Source: Myxococcota bacterium (GTDB taxonomy: Bacteria; Myxococcota_A; Polyangia; Polyangiales; Sandaracinaceae). From it: 37,940 bases of DNA. Position 1 is the first letter of the stretch. Each line of letters begins with the position of its first letter. The stretch spans positions 1-37,940 of the forward strand of contig JAYZQJ010000243.1 in the NCBI GenBank assembly GCA_036149055.1. The letters run 5' to 3'. This document shows, piece by piece, positions 37,611 to 37,940 of the stretch. The position numbers and the translations under genes are program-made. Below the pieces are notes generated by a model. That model ran no database searches. It saw only the letters and a program-made list of their open reading frames with translations, and was not told the origin of the DNA.

Positions 37611-37940
37611 TGGAGTTCCCTCGATTCCGTGGATGTCGGTGACCCAGCGCTTGTCCGGTTCGCTGGCCGTGAAGTCGCGGCCGAGCTGATTGTCGGCCAC
37701 GGGATGAGCCTGGTCTCGCAGAGTCGTGCGGCGGAAACGCTTCGGAGCTCGGGCCTGGAGGCCGAGGTCGCGCATGACCCGCTCCACGCGCCGCTTGCCT
37801 ACACGCCAGCCCTCGGTCCTCAGCGCCTCGAGGATCCGCGGGCTCCCGTAAGTCCCCCGGCTCGCCTTGAAGAGGCGCGTGACCGCTGCTCGTAGCTTCT
37901 GCTCGCTCTTGTGCCTGTCGCTCGGAGGCCGCTTGAGGAA
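37611..37940 (-). mobile_element. IS3-family element, internally deleted; continues beyond the right edge
   Basis: OrfB fragment FLKRPPS...SRGTYGSPRI...GKRRVERVMRDLGL.A...RTT...VADNQLGRDF...PDKRWVTDI, then immediately an IS3-type terminal IR TGGAGTTCCCTCGATTCCGTGGA (37611-37633). Confidence 0.88.
37632..37940 (-). pseudogene. Truncated IS3 OrfB transposase (HTH region plus only the first DDE Asp)
   Basis: Homology stops at WVTDI; the rest of the integrase core is absent. Confidence 0.85.

Overview
Very GC-rich window with myxobacterial gene content (MYXO-CTERM proteins, FHA-sigma54 activator, non-canonical Hsp70, many Cys-rich lipoproteins; probably Sandaracinaceae/Polyangia-like, an inference). 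It holds about 37 plausible CDSs; most long ORFs in the six-frame track are GC-driven shadows. Recognisable genes: a Family 1 encapsulin operon (ferritin-like cargo plus shell, then fxsA) divergent from a receiver protein, AarF/UbiB kinase, phospholipase D lipoprotein, RlmI-type methyltransferase, DoxX, Hsp70 coupled to an FHA-sigma54 activator, 2OG-Fe(II) oxygenase, RCC1 lipoprotein, amidase, three tandem VWA-like lipoprotein paralogs, acyl-CoA synthetase with a GalT-like gene, VOC/PhnB and ttcA. An internally deleted IS3 element sits at the right edge. The best unexplained signals are: (1) a candidate ~90-nt sigma54-dependent sRNA with repeated CAUCC motifs (37346-37462); (2) a small ORF before the encapsulin cargo gene ending in a cargo-loading-peptide-like motif; (3) an AT-cored 30-bp-arm palindrome at 32943-33013; (4) two distant paralogous lipoproteins of no recognisable family; (5) a D-[A/S/G/T]-G linker motif shared by many exported proteins; (6) one 18-mer repeat family at both window ends, one copy abutting the IS end. 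All family calls come from reading motifs by eye; no searches were run.
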